Of a stretch of DNA of 64,000 nt, positions 35,362-45,547 are shown one piece after another. Source of the DNA: an uncultured Pirellulaceae bacterium (GTDB lineage Bacteria; Planctomycetota; Planctomycetia; Pirellulales; Pirellulaceae); assembly GCA_963975425.1 (NCBI GenBank), contig CAXBGS010000004.1, positions 525,953-589,952 on the forward strand, read 5' to 3'. The notes under the pieces were generated by a model. It did no database searches and was not told the origin of the DNA. It was given only the letters and a program-made list of their open reading frames with translations. Position 1 is the first letter of the stretch, and each line of letters begins with the position of its first letter. The translations under genes and the position numbers were made by a program.

Positions 35362-35808
35362 ATGTTACGTCACAAACTGATTCACCCACAGATCACGTCC
35401 ATTCTGGCATCCGCCGGGCACCATAGCAGCGTCCTGATCGCGGACGGAAATTATCCCGCAGCCAGCAAGCGTGGGCCGCGGGCCGAGCTGATCAGCCTGA
35501 ATTTAATGCCGGGCGTTCCCACGTGCGACCAGGTTCTCGAAGCCATCCTATCGGCCGTACCCGTCGAAGCGGTGCAGACCATGGAAACCGAAACCAGCGG
35601 ACCCTACGCGCTCGATGGAGACCCGCCGGTATGGGACGACTATCGCAAAACGATCAAAGAAGCCGGGTTGGACCTCGAGTTGCAGCCGACCGACAAATGG
35701 AAATTCTACGAAGCGGTTAGCACGAACGATCACGTGCTGACCATTCAAACGGCCGATCAACAACGCTATGCAAATATCCTGTTAACCATTGGCGTGCGGA
35801 TGGACTAG
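35362..35808 (+). CDS. RbsD/FucU family sugar mutarotase/pyranase
   Basis: MLRHKLIHPQITSILASAGHHSSVLIADGNYPA matches the RbsD/FucU N-terminal consensus (LLHPEL...LGHGD.l.IaDa.YP). The 148-aa length fits. Confidence 0.7.
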   Translation: MLRHKLIHPQITSILASAGHHSSVLIADGNYPAASKRGPRAELISLNLMPGVPTCDQVLEAILSAVPVEAVQTMETETSGPYALDGDPPVWDDYRKTIKEAGLDLELQPTDKWKFYEAVSTNDHVLTIQTADQQRYANILLTIGVRMD

Positions 35809-35882
35809 GGCTGATTGCCAGAACCAACCGGCGCCCCGTCTATGACTAATGTGCACTTGACTGTTTGCAGCCATGCACCGTG

Positions 35883-37181
35883 CTATTTCAACGATGCGCG
35901 GACCAGTTCCTTGTCGCTTCGGGCATAGATGTACCCGTCGGCGATCGCCGGGTGCGCCCACACGACTCCGTCTCGCTTGTTCAACTGTTTGCGCGTCGGT
36001 CCGATCAACATCGCGCGCGAATGCTCGTGATATCCGTCGGGCGTCAAGGTTGCAAAGATCAGCTGGCCACGATCGTTCAACATGATTTCACGGTCACCAT
36101 CACGGATCGTATGAATGGTTGCCCATCGTGCACGGGGAACCGCTTTGGAACTTTCCCACACGCGATCCCCAGTTTTGATGTCCAGACATCTCAGTTCGCC
36201 ATAGCTGTCGACGCCATAGATGTAGTCTCCCTTGATGATCGGCGTGCTGATCATGCAGTGCAGTGCATCGGTATTCTTCTCGTCGAATCCGACGCGGTGC
36301 CACAGTTTTTCGGCCTTAGGCTTGTTGGGATCGATGCGAATCAACATCGAACCGTCATAGAAAGACGACACAAATAGTTTGTCGTCTTGCACGACCGGCG
36401 TGGGAACTCCGATGGGCATATTGCGCGGCAACATCGGAATCGCCCAAAACACGTTACCGGTCCGCGGATCAAGCCCGGTGACACTTTCGCCCGTCCAACA
36501 CACGACGACGTCTTGCGATCCTTGGCGAATCAGAATCGGCGCACTGTAACCGGCTCGTTCGTCGATCGCGTGCCACCTTTCTTTTCCCGTTGCTAAATCA
36601 AGGGCGACAACGCAGTGTCCGTCCGCGCCCGCGGCGATTTGAATGACCAAATCTTGATAAACCAGCGGAGAGCCGGTGATGCCCCAGTTCGGCATGCGAA
36701 TATCGTAGGCGTCATCCAAGTCCAGTGACCAAATGACTTCGCCGGTGCTGGCATCCAAGCAACGCATGTGCCCCATCGCGCCGACGGAAATCGCTTTGCC
36801 ATCGTGGACCGTCACCGAAGCACGTGGGCCGGCACGATAACCGATCATGTAGGGCGCTTCGTATTGATGATCCCACACCAAGTCGCCCGTTGCCGCGTCA
36901 AAGCAAAGCACGCGTTCGATTTCCTTGTCTGCATCGTCGGGGCCGCGATCGGTTAAATAAACACGTTCGCCAGCCACGGTTGGACCGCTGTAACCAGCGC
37001 CCACCGGCACCGTCCAATCGAGAGGAAGCTGGCCACCGGGCAACGTCTCGATCAAATTCGCTTCGTGCAGCGTGGCATCACGATCAACGCCTCGCCACTG
37101 TGGCCAATCGTCGGCGGCAACGAACGTCTGCGACGCAATTGACAGGCTGACGAAGAATACCAAGAGCAATCGACGGATCAT
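35883..37181 (-). CDS. PQQ-like beta-propeller repeat protein, secreted
   Basis: There is a signal peptide (MIRRLLLVFFVSLSIASQTFVAADDWPQWRG, the typical PQQ-propeller DWPxWRG start). Repeated blades carry GxVYxxxxDGxLxALDAxTGxxxW patterns (LCFDAATGDLVWD, RCLDASTGEVIWS, VALDLATGKERW, RCLDIKTGDRVWE). The first ATG is at 37181; the track ORF runs from a TTG at 37214. Confidence 0.7.
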   Translation of the reverse strand: MIRRLLLVFFVSLSIASQTFVAADDWPQWRGVDRDATLHEANLIETLPGGQLPLDWTVPVGAGYSGPTVAGERVYLTDRGPDDADKEIERVLCFDAATGDLVWDHQYEAPYMIGYRAGPRASVTVHDGKAISVGAMGHMRCLDASTGEVIWSLDLDDAYDIRMPNWGITGSPLVYQDLVIQIAAGADGHCVVALDLATGKERWHAIDERAGYSAPILIRQGSQDVVVCWTGESVTGLDPRTGNVFWAIPMLPRNMPIGVPTPVVQDDKLFVSSFYDGSMLIRIDPNKPKAEKLWHRVGFDEKNTDALHCMISTPIIKGDYIYGVDSYGELRCLDIKTGDRVWESSKAVPRARWATIHTIRDGDREIMLNDRGQLIFATLTPDGYHEHSRAMLIGPTRKQLNKRDGVVWAHPAIADGYIYARSDKELVRASLK

Positions 37182-37398
37182 CAAACATCGTGAAGTAGTG
37201 CGTGTCACAACCAAGCCTTGAAAAAAGTAGGGACGGACATTCTGATGACTGACACATTTTATGCCCTTTGCGAACGACGACCGAGGCCGTTGACATGTTC
37301 ACCGAAGAATCATCGTGTTCACCGGAGTTAATGTCTGGCGGGGCGGGACGATATCGTAACCGAATCCAAGCGAGATTGTCATAAACACGCCAACTCAC

Positions 37399-38064
37399 AT
37401 GATGCTGTCCGTTGCGGCGCTGACGCGAACCCGCAGCGTTGATCAATCCAACACGGAACAGCCCAGCACGGAAAATTCCGGCGAGAACAAAGATTCCCAC
37501 GAGAGCAAAGATTCCCGTGAAAACCTTGTGCCGCGCCGCGCTGACTCCACACTGGTCTTACCAGCCGTACTTGGTGCGATCGTTCCTGACGCAGCGATGT
37601 TCATTTTCTATGTGTTCGAAAAATTTATTTTACGAACGTCCGAGCGCGACATCTGGACAACACAATACTTTTTACCCGCTTGGCAGGATTTCTTTGATCT
37701 CTTCAATTCAGTGCCGCTGACGTTGGTGGCGATGATTATCGCGATGTACATGGGCCGGCGAGGTTGGGCGATCTTTTTTGCATCTATGTTGTTGCACTTC
37801 GCGTGCGACTTGCCTGTGCATCATGACGACGGTCACCGTCACTTCTGGCCGATCTCGGACTGGCGTTTCGAAAGTCCTGTTTCGTACTGGGACCGGAAAC
37901 ATTACGGCATCTACGCGGCGTCGGTGGAACTGGTCATCTTCGTCATCAGCTATTTGGTCTCGCTACGCGCGCACACGAGTCGCGTGGTGCGCGTCGGACT
38001 GAGCATCTTGGCAGCGATCCACCTGACGTTGGCCGGGATGTTGGTATCGCACTGGCTGTCGTGA
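37399..38064 (+). CDS. Hypothetical integral membrane protein (possible DUF457-type membrane-bound metal-dependent hydrolase)
   Basis: It has an N-terminal polar/charged segment. TM helices follow, with MLLHFACDLPVHHDDGHRHFWPIS, a His/Asp cluster resembling the YdjM/DUF457 family. The family call is tentative. Confidence 0.4.
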   Translation: MMLSVAALTRTRSVDQSNTEQPSTENSGENKDSHESKDSRENLVPRRADSTLVLPAVLGAIVPDAAMFIFYVFEKFILRTSERDIWTTQYFLPAWQDFFDLFNSVPLTLVAMIIAMYMGRRGWAIFFASMLLHFACDLPVHHDDGHRHFWPISDWRFESPVSYWDRKHYGIYAASVELVIFVISYLVSLRAHTSRVVRVGLSILAAIHLTLAGMLVSHWLS

Positions 38065-38324
38065 ATCAGACGAATCGCAAAATTCTGCTTCGAAGATCAC
38101 CCCGGCGTGAAACACGTCTGCAGAATCGGCATCGCAGATTGCCATCGATTCCAACGGTGACAGACGAACCGATCTTGGCTGACGACCTGAACATCCCAGA
38201 TTCCCCGGTCGCACTTTACGGCGAGTCGCTCGATTGCATACACCTGCCCGTTGAGACGTCACCGAAGTGACACCGCTGGACCACGGCGGTGCTGCGCACG
38301 AAAACAAAGGAGCCCTTTTTGGCC

Positions 38325-38978
38325 ATGTCACAATTCATTCGAGCCGCCGTCGCGGCCTGTGCCATCGTTGTCGGACTGTCGTTTGCCGTCGCGAACGAGT
38401 TGGCGACCGCCGATGAAGATCCAAATACCGCATCGATCGGTGCCAACAGCATTCAAGTCGAACTGGTGACCAGCGAAGGAAACATTGTGTTGGAACTTGA
38501 TGCTAAGAACGCGCCGAAATCCACACAAAACTTTTTGTCTTATACCAAGAACGGCCACTACGACGGAACCGTCTTTCATCGCGTCATCGATGGGTTCATG
38601 GTTCAAGGCGGCGGGCTGGACACGACACTGAAAGAGAAACCCACCCAACCACCAGTCGTCAACGAGTCGAACAACGGACTCAAAAACACAAAGTATTCCG
38701 TGGCCATGGCTCGTGTCGGCAGTGATCCCCATTCGGCAACCAGTCAATTCTTTATCAACATCGCGGACAACAACTTTCTGAATCGCGAAGAGTCATCGGA
38801 CGGCTTCGGCTATGCGGTATTCGGCCGTGTGGTGGAAGGACAAGAAGTGGTCGACCAAATCGGCAAGACGCCCACGAGGACACAGCCCAACCCGGCTTTC
38901 CCGCCTCAACTGATGCAGAATGTTCCGGTCGATCCGATCGTATTGAAGAGCGCCCGTGTGCTGGTGAAGAAGAAATAG
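38325..38978 (+). CDS. Cyclophilin-type peptidyl-prolyl cis-trans isomerase, periplasmic
   Basis: VFHRVIDGFMVQGGG...YSVAMARVGSDPHSATSQFFINIADNNFLN...GYAVFGRVVEGQEVVDQI is the cyclophilin core (FHRVI.gFmiQGGD...SMAnaGpnTngSQFFI). There is a signal peptide (MSQFIRAAVAACAIVVGLSFAVA). Confidence 0.85.
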   Translation: MSQFIRAAVAACAIVVGLSFAVANELATADEDPNTASIGANSIQVELVTSEGNIVLELDAKNAPKSTQNFLSYTKNGHYDGTVFHRVIDGFMVQGGGLDTTLKEKPTQPPVVNESNNGLKNTKYSVAMARVGSDPHSATSQFFINIADNNFLNREESSDGFGYAVFGRVVEGQEVVDQIGKTPTRTQPNPAFPPQLMQNVPVDPIVLKSARVLVKKK

Positions 38979-39112
38979 ACGCGGGCTTTGCCAATCATTG
39001 TTACGAGTCATTTTCGGCATAGAGTTGGGTGAGGTGGTTCGCATACCGCCGGCGCGAGAGGGCGCCGGCTGATGTGATTTCCAGTTCGTCACACCCTCGC
39101 TTTGAATGTCGA

Positions 39113-39760
39113 ATGAGCAAAGTGCTTCATCTGCTGTACGCCGCGATTCGCCGATTCGGCATACTGGATGTGACAAAGCTGTTGCATCTGCCGACGACCG
39201 ATTGCGACATCACGGTGTGTCCCACCGGCTACGAAATTCGCGGCGCGCATCCGAGCGAACTCGCCGAACTCATTCGATCCGGGAATGCTCCAGCCGAACT
39301 GGGCCAGCCAGAGCGGGTCGATCCTGCATCGCGCACCGCAATTTTGACCTTCTATCAGGGGCGCGTGGTCTCGTTTCTGTGGCTGGCAAAGGAAACGGTC
39401 CAGGGTGCCGAAAATTTCAGCCGCGCCGCGCACCTGGGAACGTCGATCGAAATGCCCGACGGAACAGGATTCGTTTACAACGCTTGGACAGATCCGGAAC
39501 ACCGGGGCAAGCGACTGATTGCAGCGATGTTGACCTGGGCGACCTGCAATCGCGTCATGGGAACAACGTCTTTTTTGACAATGATTGACTGGACAAACCT
39601 GCGTTCGATTCGCGCATTCGAGCATCTGGGCATGCAAACGCTTGGGTCGATCTATCGCTTTGGCCGCGGCCGATTGCAAATGAGCATGATTCCCAGCAGC
39701 GCCCATCGCATGGGTCTGAGGTTGGCGACCGATGCACCGGGAATCAAGTGGACCCGATAA
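39113..39760 (+). CDS. Probable GNAT-family N-acetyltransferase
   Basis: HRGKRLIAAMLTWA resembles GNAT motif A (R/Q-x-x-G-x-G/A). LRSIRAFEHLGMQTLG resembles motif B. It has no signal peptide. Assignment from motifs only. Confidence 0.45.
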   Translation: MSKVLHLLYAAIRRFGILDVTKLLHLPTTDCDITVCPTGYEIRGAHPSELAELIRSGNAPAELGQPERVDPASRTAILTFYQGRVVSFLWLAKETVQGAENFSRAAHLGTSIEMPDGTGFVYNAWTDPEHRGKRLIAAMLTWATCNRVMGTTSFLTMIDWTNLRSIRAFEHLGMQTLGSIYRFGRGRLQMSMIPSSAHRMGLRLATDAPGIKWTR

Positions 39761-39839
39761 CCGACGCAATAGAACCGGACACGAAAAAACCCCAAGGCAG
39801 AGCTTGGGGTTTCGTCGAATTCCGCTTTACACGTTTGAC

Positions 39840-41174
39840 CTAAGCAAACGGGCTGTACTGGCCAGGTACGGGGACCGGATACTTGCCGTCTTCGTTACGA
39901 ACGACTGGTGGCGTCGAATCGAGTGTGTAGTCATCGATGCCCGGTGCGAGATCACGACCTTTCTCTAACAGCTCGTCCCATTTGACGATCTTGCCCGAGT
40001 AGCAAGCTTCGCGTCCAAGGATGGCGGTGAGGGTCGAGTGAGCACCGTATTCGCCTTCGTTGTAAATTTCACCGCGACCGAGGGCCGCGATCAAATCGTC
40101 TTGTTCCAACTGGTGGCCTTTGGCGTTGGGATTCTTTTTCTTAACGCCACTGCTGTCGCGTTCGACGTACTGCCATTCGTTGGCACCAAAGATTTGTCCC
40201 GATGGATCGGACGAACCCTTGGTTCCGTGGACAAATTCACCGACGTTGGTCCAACCACCCTTCAAGTGACGACCTTGGCTGAACATCTTGCTGCCATCGG
40301 CGAAGGTGTATTCGCACGCGGTATGGTCAAAGATTTGTGACATGCTGCCGTCACCGTTCATGCGTTGCTCGTGACCGCCCATGCCGTTGCACTCGACGGG
40401 GTAAGCCCCATGAACCCAGCAACCGACATCCAGGTTGTGAATGTGCTGTTCACAGATCTGGTCACCGGATAGCCAGTTAAAGTGGTACCAGTTATTGCAC
40501 TGGAACGCCATTTCGCTTTGACCCTCGTCCTTGTTGCGATACCAGATGCCGTTACCGTTCCAGTAAACTCGCGACGCAACGACGTCACCGATCGCACCAT
40601 CGTGGATACGTTTGATCGTCTCGGTGTATCGGGGCTCGTGGCGACGTTGCAGCCCGACGCCGACCATCAAGTTCTTTTTCTTGGATTCTTCCACGGACTT
40701 CAGCACGCGACGAACGCCAACCGCATCCGATGCGACGGGTTTTTCCATAAAGATATGGCGCCCCTTGTTGACCGCATACTCGAATTGCATCGGCTTGAAG
40801 CCGGGAGGCGTCGCGATGACAACCAAGTCGCAATCGACATCGATGGCCGCTTTGTAACCGTCCAGGCCGGTGAAGACGCGTTCTGGCGGAACGTCGACCA
40901 TGTCTTTGTACTTGGCGCTCAAACCCCGGATCGCGCTGGCCGCTTTGTGCTCGAACGCGTCGGCGACGGCGACCAATTTGACGTTTCCGCCCGTGTTCAT
41001 GATGTTGGCTGCTGCCCCCGAACCACGACCACCCGTACCAATCACAACGAATTTAATTTCGTCGCTGCCGGCCGCGTGCGCGGTGCGAGCGACGGTAGAG
41101 GTCAGCGCGGCGCCGGCGGCGGCCGCAGACGTGGTCTTCAGGAAGGCACGACGAGTGGAGTCGTTCTGCATCAT
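39840..41174 (-). CDS. Gfo/Idh/MocA family oxidoreductase with twin-arginine (TAT) signal
   Basis: TRRAFLKTTSAAAAGAALTSTVARTAHAA is an RRxFLK TAT signal. IKFVVIGTGGRGSGAAANI is the Rossmann GxGxxG. The C-terminal GFO_IDH_MocA_C-like alpha/beta domain is present. Confidence 0.85.
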   Translation of the reverse strand: MMQNDSTRRAFLKTTSAAAAGAALTSTVARTAHAAGSDEIKFVVIGTGGRGSGAAANIMNTGGNVKLVAVADAFEHKAASAIRGLSAKYKDMVDVPPERVFTGLDGYKAAIDVDCDLVVIATPPGFKPMQFEYAVNKGRHIFMEKPVASDAVGVRRVLKSVEESKKKNLMVGVGLQRRHEPRYTETIKRIHDGAIGDVVASRVYWNGNGIWYRNKDEGQSEMAFQCNNWYHFNWLSGDQICEQHIHNLDVGCWVHGAYPVECNGMGGHEQRMNGDGSMSQIFDHTACEYTFADGSKMFSQGRHLKGGWTNVGEFVHGTKGSSDPSGQIFGANEWQYVERDSSGVKKKNPNAKGHQLEQDDLIAALGRGEIYNEGEYGAHSTLTAILGREACYSGKIVKWDELLEKGRDLAPGIDDYTLDSTPPVVRNEDGKYPVPVPGQYSPFA

Positions 41175-41465
41175 TCAATTCCTCGATATGGTTGAATCGT
41201 TATGAGTATCGTGGGGCGTGATTTTCACACGGTAATCCGCTTGAATTGTAAACGAATCAAGCCCAAAAAGCGTGGCCCCAAACGGCTTTAACTGCTGTTT
41301 TTCGGCGGTTAATCGCCCCGCCGGGCCGACCATTCCGCAGAATCGACGCACTGTTTCGCGGATCAACTGGATCGCCCAAACTGGCGCCATTGTCGAAAAC
41401 GCTGCCGCCGTTCCACTTTCCATCTGTTTTCCATCCGCTCGCCCGTCCCAAAGGAAGCCATCGCC

Positions 41466-42239
41466 ATGTTGCCTGGAATCAAGCTGTTTGACTTGACCGA
41501 CCGTGTCGCCATCGTCACCGGTGGCTCCAAAGGGCTGGGCAAAGCCATGGCGGCCGGCCTCGCGTCGGCAGGTTGTCAAACGGTCCTGATCAGCCGAACG
41601 GCGGGCGAAGTCGAACAGGCCGCCAACGAAATTCAGCGTGACCACGGTGTCAAATCGCTGGGAATCGCCGCCGACGTTACGAATCCGCAACAGATCGACG
41701 CGGTGATGCAGCAGGTGGCTCAGGATTTCGGGCGGATTGACATTCTGATCAACAACGCGGGCATCAATGTCCGCGGTCCGATCGACGAATTGACGCTGGA
41801 TGATTTCCGTGCGGTCCAGCAGGTGAACGTTGACGCACTATGGTCGGCGTGCCGAAGTGCCGTGCCACTGATGAAGCAAAACGGCAAAGGCCGCATCATC
41901 AACCTGGCCAGCACCCTGGGGCTGGTGGGACTCGCCAATCGAACGCCTTATGCCACCAGCAAGGGTGCCGTCGTGCAATTGACCCGGGCACTCGCCCTTG
42001 AGCTGGCCGACAGCAACATCACCGTCAATGCGATTTGCCCAGGCCCGTTTCTGACGCCAATGAACGAGCCGATCGCCGATTCTGAAGAAGCGAAAAAGTT
42101 CATCGTCGGCGCGGTCGCCTTGAACCGCTGGGGACGAATGGAAGAAATCCAAGGTGCCGCGATCTATTTGGCCAGCGACGCGTCCAGCTATACCACCGGC
42201 AGTATGCTGGTCGTCGACGGCGGTTGGACTGCCCGGTAA
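41466..42239 (+). CDS. SDR family oxidoreductase (short-chain dehydrogenase, FabG/gluconate-5-dehydrogenase-like)
   Basis: VAIVTGGSKGLGKAMA is the TGxxxGxG motif. NNAGI is the NNAG motif. The catalytic SxnY/K region reads ASTLGLVGLANRTPYATSKGAVVQLTRALA. Confidence 0.85.
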   Translation: MLPGIKLFDLTDRVAIVTGGSKGLGKAMAAGLASAGCQTVLISRTAGEVEQAANEIQRDHGVKSLGIAADVTNPQQIDAVMQQVAQDFGRIDILINNAGINVRGPIDELTLDDFRAVQQVNVDALWSACRSAVPLMKQNGKGRIINLASTLGLVGLANRTPYATSKGAVVQLTRALALELADSNITVNAICPGPFLTPMNEPIADSEEAKKFIVGAVALNRWGRMEEIQGAAIYLASDASSYTTGSMLVVDGGWTAR

Positions 42240-42385
42240 ACGCCCAGGTCGCAATAGTTCTCCGGCAAACCCGATAGATCTCTGGCAAATAGGTATGCGT
42301 CCGGGGATCCCTTTTCGGATACGATAAAGAGGGTTCAGATACGATCGACAGTCAATGGTGACATTGGAACTTTGAGGGTTTACCG

Positions 42386-43327
42386 ATGAGCTGGTACTTG
42401 TTTGGCCGAAATTCTTCGTCGTGCCTGATCGCCACTGCGATCGCACTTGTCACCTCGGCGATTGCCACGTCGTCATACGTCGGCGCCGACGATCCCGTGT
42501 TCTCTGGCCCTCAAGTCGGCGAAAAGCTGACGCCATTCAAAGTGCTTTCGGTCTATGGCGAAACCGCTGGAACCGAAGTCGACCCAATCAAGCTGGCCAG
42601 CGGCGAACCGACACTGCTGATCTTTGTCCACAAACTAACGCGACCCGGCATAGCGCTAACCCGAGCGCTGACCGAATACGCGCTCGGCCAAAAAAAGAAC
42701 GGCGTGCACACCGGAATCATCTGGCTCGATGACGACAAGGCCCAAGCAGAATCCTATCTGACTCGCGCGGCGGGCTCGCTGAATTTCGTCGTACCTGTCG
42801 GCATCTCCGTCGATGGCGGCGAAGGCCCGGGCGCGTACGGACTCAATCGCAACGTCGAATTGACGATCCTGGTGGCCGACGACGACCAAGTGAAAGCGAA
42901 TTACGCACTCGTCCAGCCCAGCGTTACCGAAGCGGCCGAGATCGCCGCCGAAGTTGCGAAACTGGTCGGACAACCGGCGCCCAAACAATCCGAGCTAGAA
43001 AAACTAGCTTACCCGCGCGGCATGATGCGAGCTCGCGTGATGAAGAAGGACGCGGAACCAACCGACGATCAAGCTCAAGCACCGGGAACAATCCTGCGCA
43101 CGATGATGAAAGAATTGGTCGCCCGAGACGCCAGTGCGGATTCGGTCAAAGCGTCGATCCAGTCGATCGAAAAATGGATGGCCGATCAGCCACAGCGCAA
43201 AACGCAACTGGCAAAGATGGCCGGCGCGGTACTCGAGCGAGGTATGGGCAGCGAAGCGGTGCAGCAGCAATTAAAAAAGTGGCAGAAACTTGCCAGCGAA
43301 TCGCGCCCCGTCACGCAACCACGATAG
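42386..43327 (+). CDS. Secreted hypothetical protein (possible thioredoxin-like fold lacking CxxC)
   Basis: It has a signal peptide/TM (LIATAIALVTSAIATSSYVGA). The segment GEPTLLIFVHKLTRPG resembles a redoxin beta-alpha-beta start but has no cysteine pair. It ends 10 nt before the DUF1549/1553 gene, so it is probably the first gene of that operon. Confidence 0.45.
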   Translation: MSWYLFGRNSSSCLIATAIALVTSAIATSSYVGADDPVFSGPQVGEKLTPFKVLSVYGETAGTEVDPIKLASGEPTLLIFVHKLTRPGIALTRALTEYALGQKKNGVHTGIIWLDDDKAQAESYLTRAAGSLNFVVPVGISVDGGEGPGAYGLNRNVELTILVADDDQVKANYALVQPSVTEAAEIAAEVAKLVGQPAPKQSELEKLAYPRGMMRARVMKKDAEPTDDQAQAPGTILRTMMKELVARDASADSVKASIQSIEKWMADQPQRKTQLAKMAGAVLERGMGSEAVQQQLKKWQKLASESRPVTQPR

Positions 43328-43337
43328 GTGCACGTCG

Positions 43338-45533
43338 ATGCAAGTCCGATCGATCCTTTGCTTTGCTCTGTTAGCCGGCATCGTCCAAACGGCGCTGGCC
43401 GACGGGATCGAAGACTCGTCACCGGCGACGATCGATTTTGACACCCAGATCATCCCGCTGCTGACTCGATACGGATGTAACGCGGGATCATGCCATGGTG
43501 CCGCCATCGGTCGTGGCGGTTTCAAGCTGTCGCTGCTGGGCTCCGGTGCGGCGGAAGACCACGATGCCATCGTCCACGCGTTGGAAGGCCGGCGCGTGAA
43601 TCGTTTCATGCCCGAGCGGAGCTTGTTGTTGCTCAAGCCCACCGAACAAATCGGTCACGAAGGCGGCCTTGTGTTTGAAGAAGACTCGCCCGCCTTTGAC
43701 CGCATGCGGACTTGGATCGAACAAGGTGCACAGAGAGCGCGGACGCGACGCTTAGCATCGCTGAGCGTTTCGCCGCAGGACGCCTTGGTCGCTCATTCGG
43801 GCGACTCGGTACCGCTGCGCGTGATGGCGACGTTTACCGAACCATCGTCCGGACGGTCATCGCAAACCGACGTGACCGAGTGGACGGTCTTTACACCGGG
43901 TGACGCAGAAGCGGTCACGATTGATCGTCAAGAAAGGCAAATCACCGTCCTTCGCAGTGGCGTTCACGTTGTGATCGCTCGCTTTATGGATCGTGTTTTG
44001 CCGATACGCTTGACCGTTCCGATTCACTCGGCCGATACCAACATCGTGGCAGATTCACCGCCAGCGACTTCCTCTTCGTCTACCGACAATCCGATCGACC
44101 GATTTGTCGACGACCAACTCAAAAGACTCCGACTGCCTGCTTCCCCTCGCAGCGATGACCATGCTTTCTTGCGGCGTGTGACGCTTGACCTTGCTGGCCG
44201 ACTTCCGACGCCCGAGGAAACCGAACGATTCGCTTCGGATCCGTCTGCTGACAAACGCGACAATAAAATTGACGCACTGCTCGGCTCGCCCGACTTCGCT
44301 GATTACTGGGCACTCAAGTGGGCGAACATTCTAGCAATCGATGCAGCGGAACTGCAGACCGAGGGCGCCGACGCTTATCATCGCTGGCTCGCGGATCGCA
44401 TCGGCAACGACACTCCGATGCATTTAATGGCCCGCGATTTACTGACCGCGCTCGGCGATAGTTTTCATGTGGGGCCCGCGAATTTTTCACGATTCGGCAA
44501 GAGTCCCGGTGATTTGGCTGAACACGTCTCGCAAGCCTTCATGGGCGTCCGGCTCCGATGCGCCAATTGCCACAACCATCCGCTCGATCATTGGACACAG
44601 GATGACTACCACGGATTATCGGCGGTGTTTGCCAAACTGAAACGTGGGCGGATCGTTTCGGTAAGCACTCGCGGCGAGGTGACTCACCCGGTGACGGGCC
44701 AACCCGCAACGCCACGCATTCCAGGGTTGCGTTTCTTGCAGCCCGACGAATCCGGCCGAGACGCATTCGCCGCGTGGTTAACCTCAGACAACAACCCGTA
44801 TTTGGCAACGGTGACGGCCAACCGAATTTGGCGTGAGCTCATGGGACGTGGTTTGGTCGAACCCGTCGATGATATGCGTGCCACCAATCCGGCAACCCAC
44901 CCGGAACTGCTCGATTGGCTAGCCGATGACTTTGCCAATCACGGTTTCAGCATGAAGTCGACCATTGCCACGATCTGCCGCAGTGAGGCCTATCAGCGTC
45001 AAAGCCAGGGGGTGTCCGGCAACGAATCGGACGTTCAATTCTATTCGCACGCATTGGTCCGACCACTCGAAGCCGAAGTAGTTGCCGATGCCATCGGTGA
45101 CGTGACGGGCGTGCCGCTTGACGTTTCTGATGGTTCGCAATCCCGAACGATCACCCTGACCGACAATCGCATCGAATCACGAACGCTGGATTTGCTGGGC
45201 CGATGCGATCGGTCACTTGGCTGTGATGCGACCGGTGACTCGCGCGCGACCCTGACTCGCGCACTGCACATGATCAACGGTTCCTTGCTGCAAGAAAGAA
45301 TCACCAGCCCCGATGGAACGCTGGCAACCTTGCTGGCGTCCGGTGATGACAACGCGAGCGTTCTTGATCGTTTGATGTTGTCGGCACTAAGCCGGCCTGA
45401 CGCATCGGCATCCGATCTTTGGAAACGAGAATTAGAAAACGCAAACTTACAGAGTGACGAAACGCGACGCGAATTCTTTGAAGATGTTTTTTGGGGCATT
45501 CTGGCCAGCGACACTTTCGCAACCAATCATTAG
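43338..45533 (+). CDS. PSCyt2 / DUF1549 / DUF1553 domain protein (Planctomycete cytochrome-C-like multi-domain protein)
   Basis: There is a signal peptide. GCNAGSCHGAAIGRGGFKLSLLG is the PSCyt2 motif. The DUF1549 region reads PSADKRDNKIDALLGSPDFADYWALKWANIL. CANCHNHPLDHWTQDDYHGLSAVFA is the DUF1553 signature. Confidence 0.85.
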   Translation: MQVRSILCFALLAGIVQTALADGIEDSSPATIDFDTQIIPLLTRYGCNAGSCHGAAIGRGGFKLSLLGSGAAEDHDAIVHALEGRRVNRFMPERSLLLLKPTEQIGHEGGLVFEEDSPAFDRMRTWIEQGAQRARTRRLASLSVSPQDALVAHSGDSVPLRVMATFTEPSSGRSSQTDVTEWTVFTPGDAEAVTIDRQERQITVLRSGVHVVIARFMDRVLPIRLTVPIHSADTNIVADSPPATSSSSTDNPIDRFVDDQLKRLRLPASPRSDDHAFLRRVTLDLAGRLPTPEETERFASDPSADKRDNKIDALLGSPDFADYWALKWANILAIDAAELQTEGADAYHRWLADRIGNDTPMHLMARDLLTALGDSFHVGPANFSRFGKSPGDLAEHVSQAFMGVRLRCANCHNHPLDHWTQDDYHGLSAVFAKLKRGRIVSVSTRGEVTHPVTGQPATPRIPGLRFLQPDESGRDAFAAWLTSDNNPYLATVTANRIWRELMGRGLVEPVDDMRATNPATHPELLDWLADDFANHGFSMKSTIATICRSEAYQRQSQGVSGNESDVQFYSHALVRPLEAEVVADAIGDVTGVPLDVSDGSQSRTITLTDNRIESRTLDLLGRCDRSLGCDATGDSRATLTRALHMINGSLLQERITSPDGTLATLLASGDDNASVLDRLMLSALSRPDASASDLWKRELENANLQSDETRREFFEDVFWGILASDTFATNH

Positions 45534-45547
45534 CGACAGGTGAAACG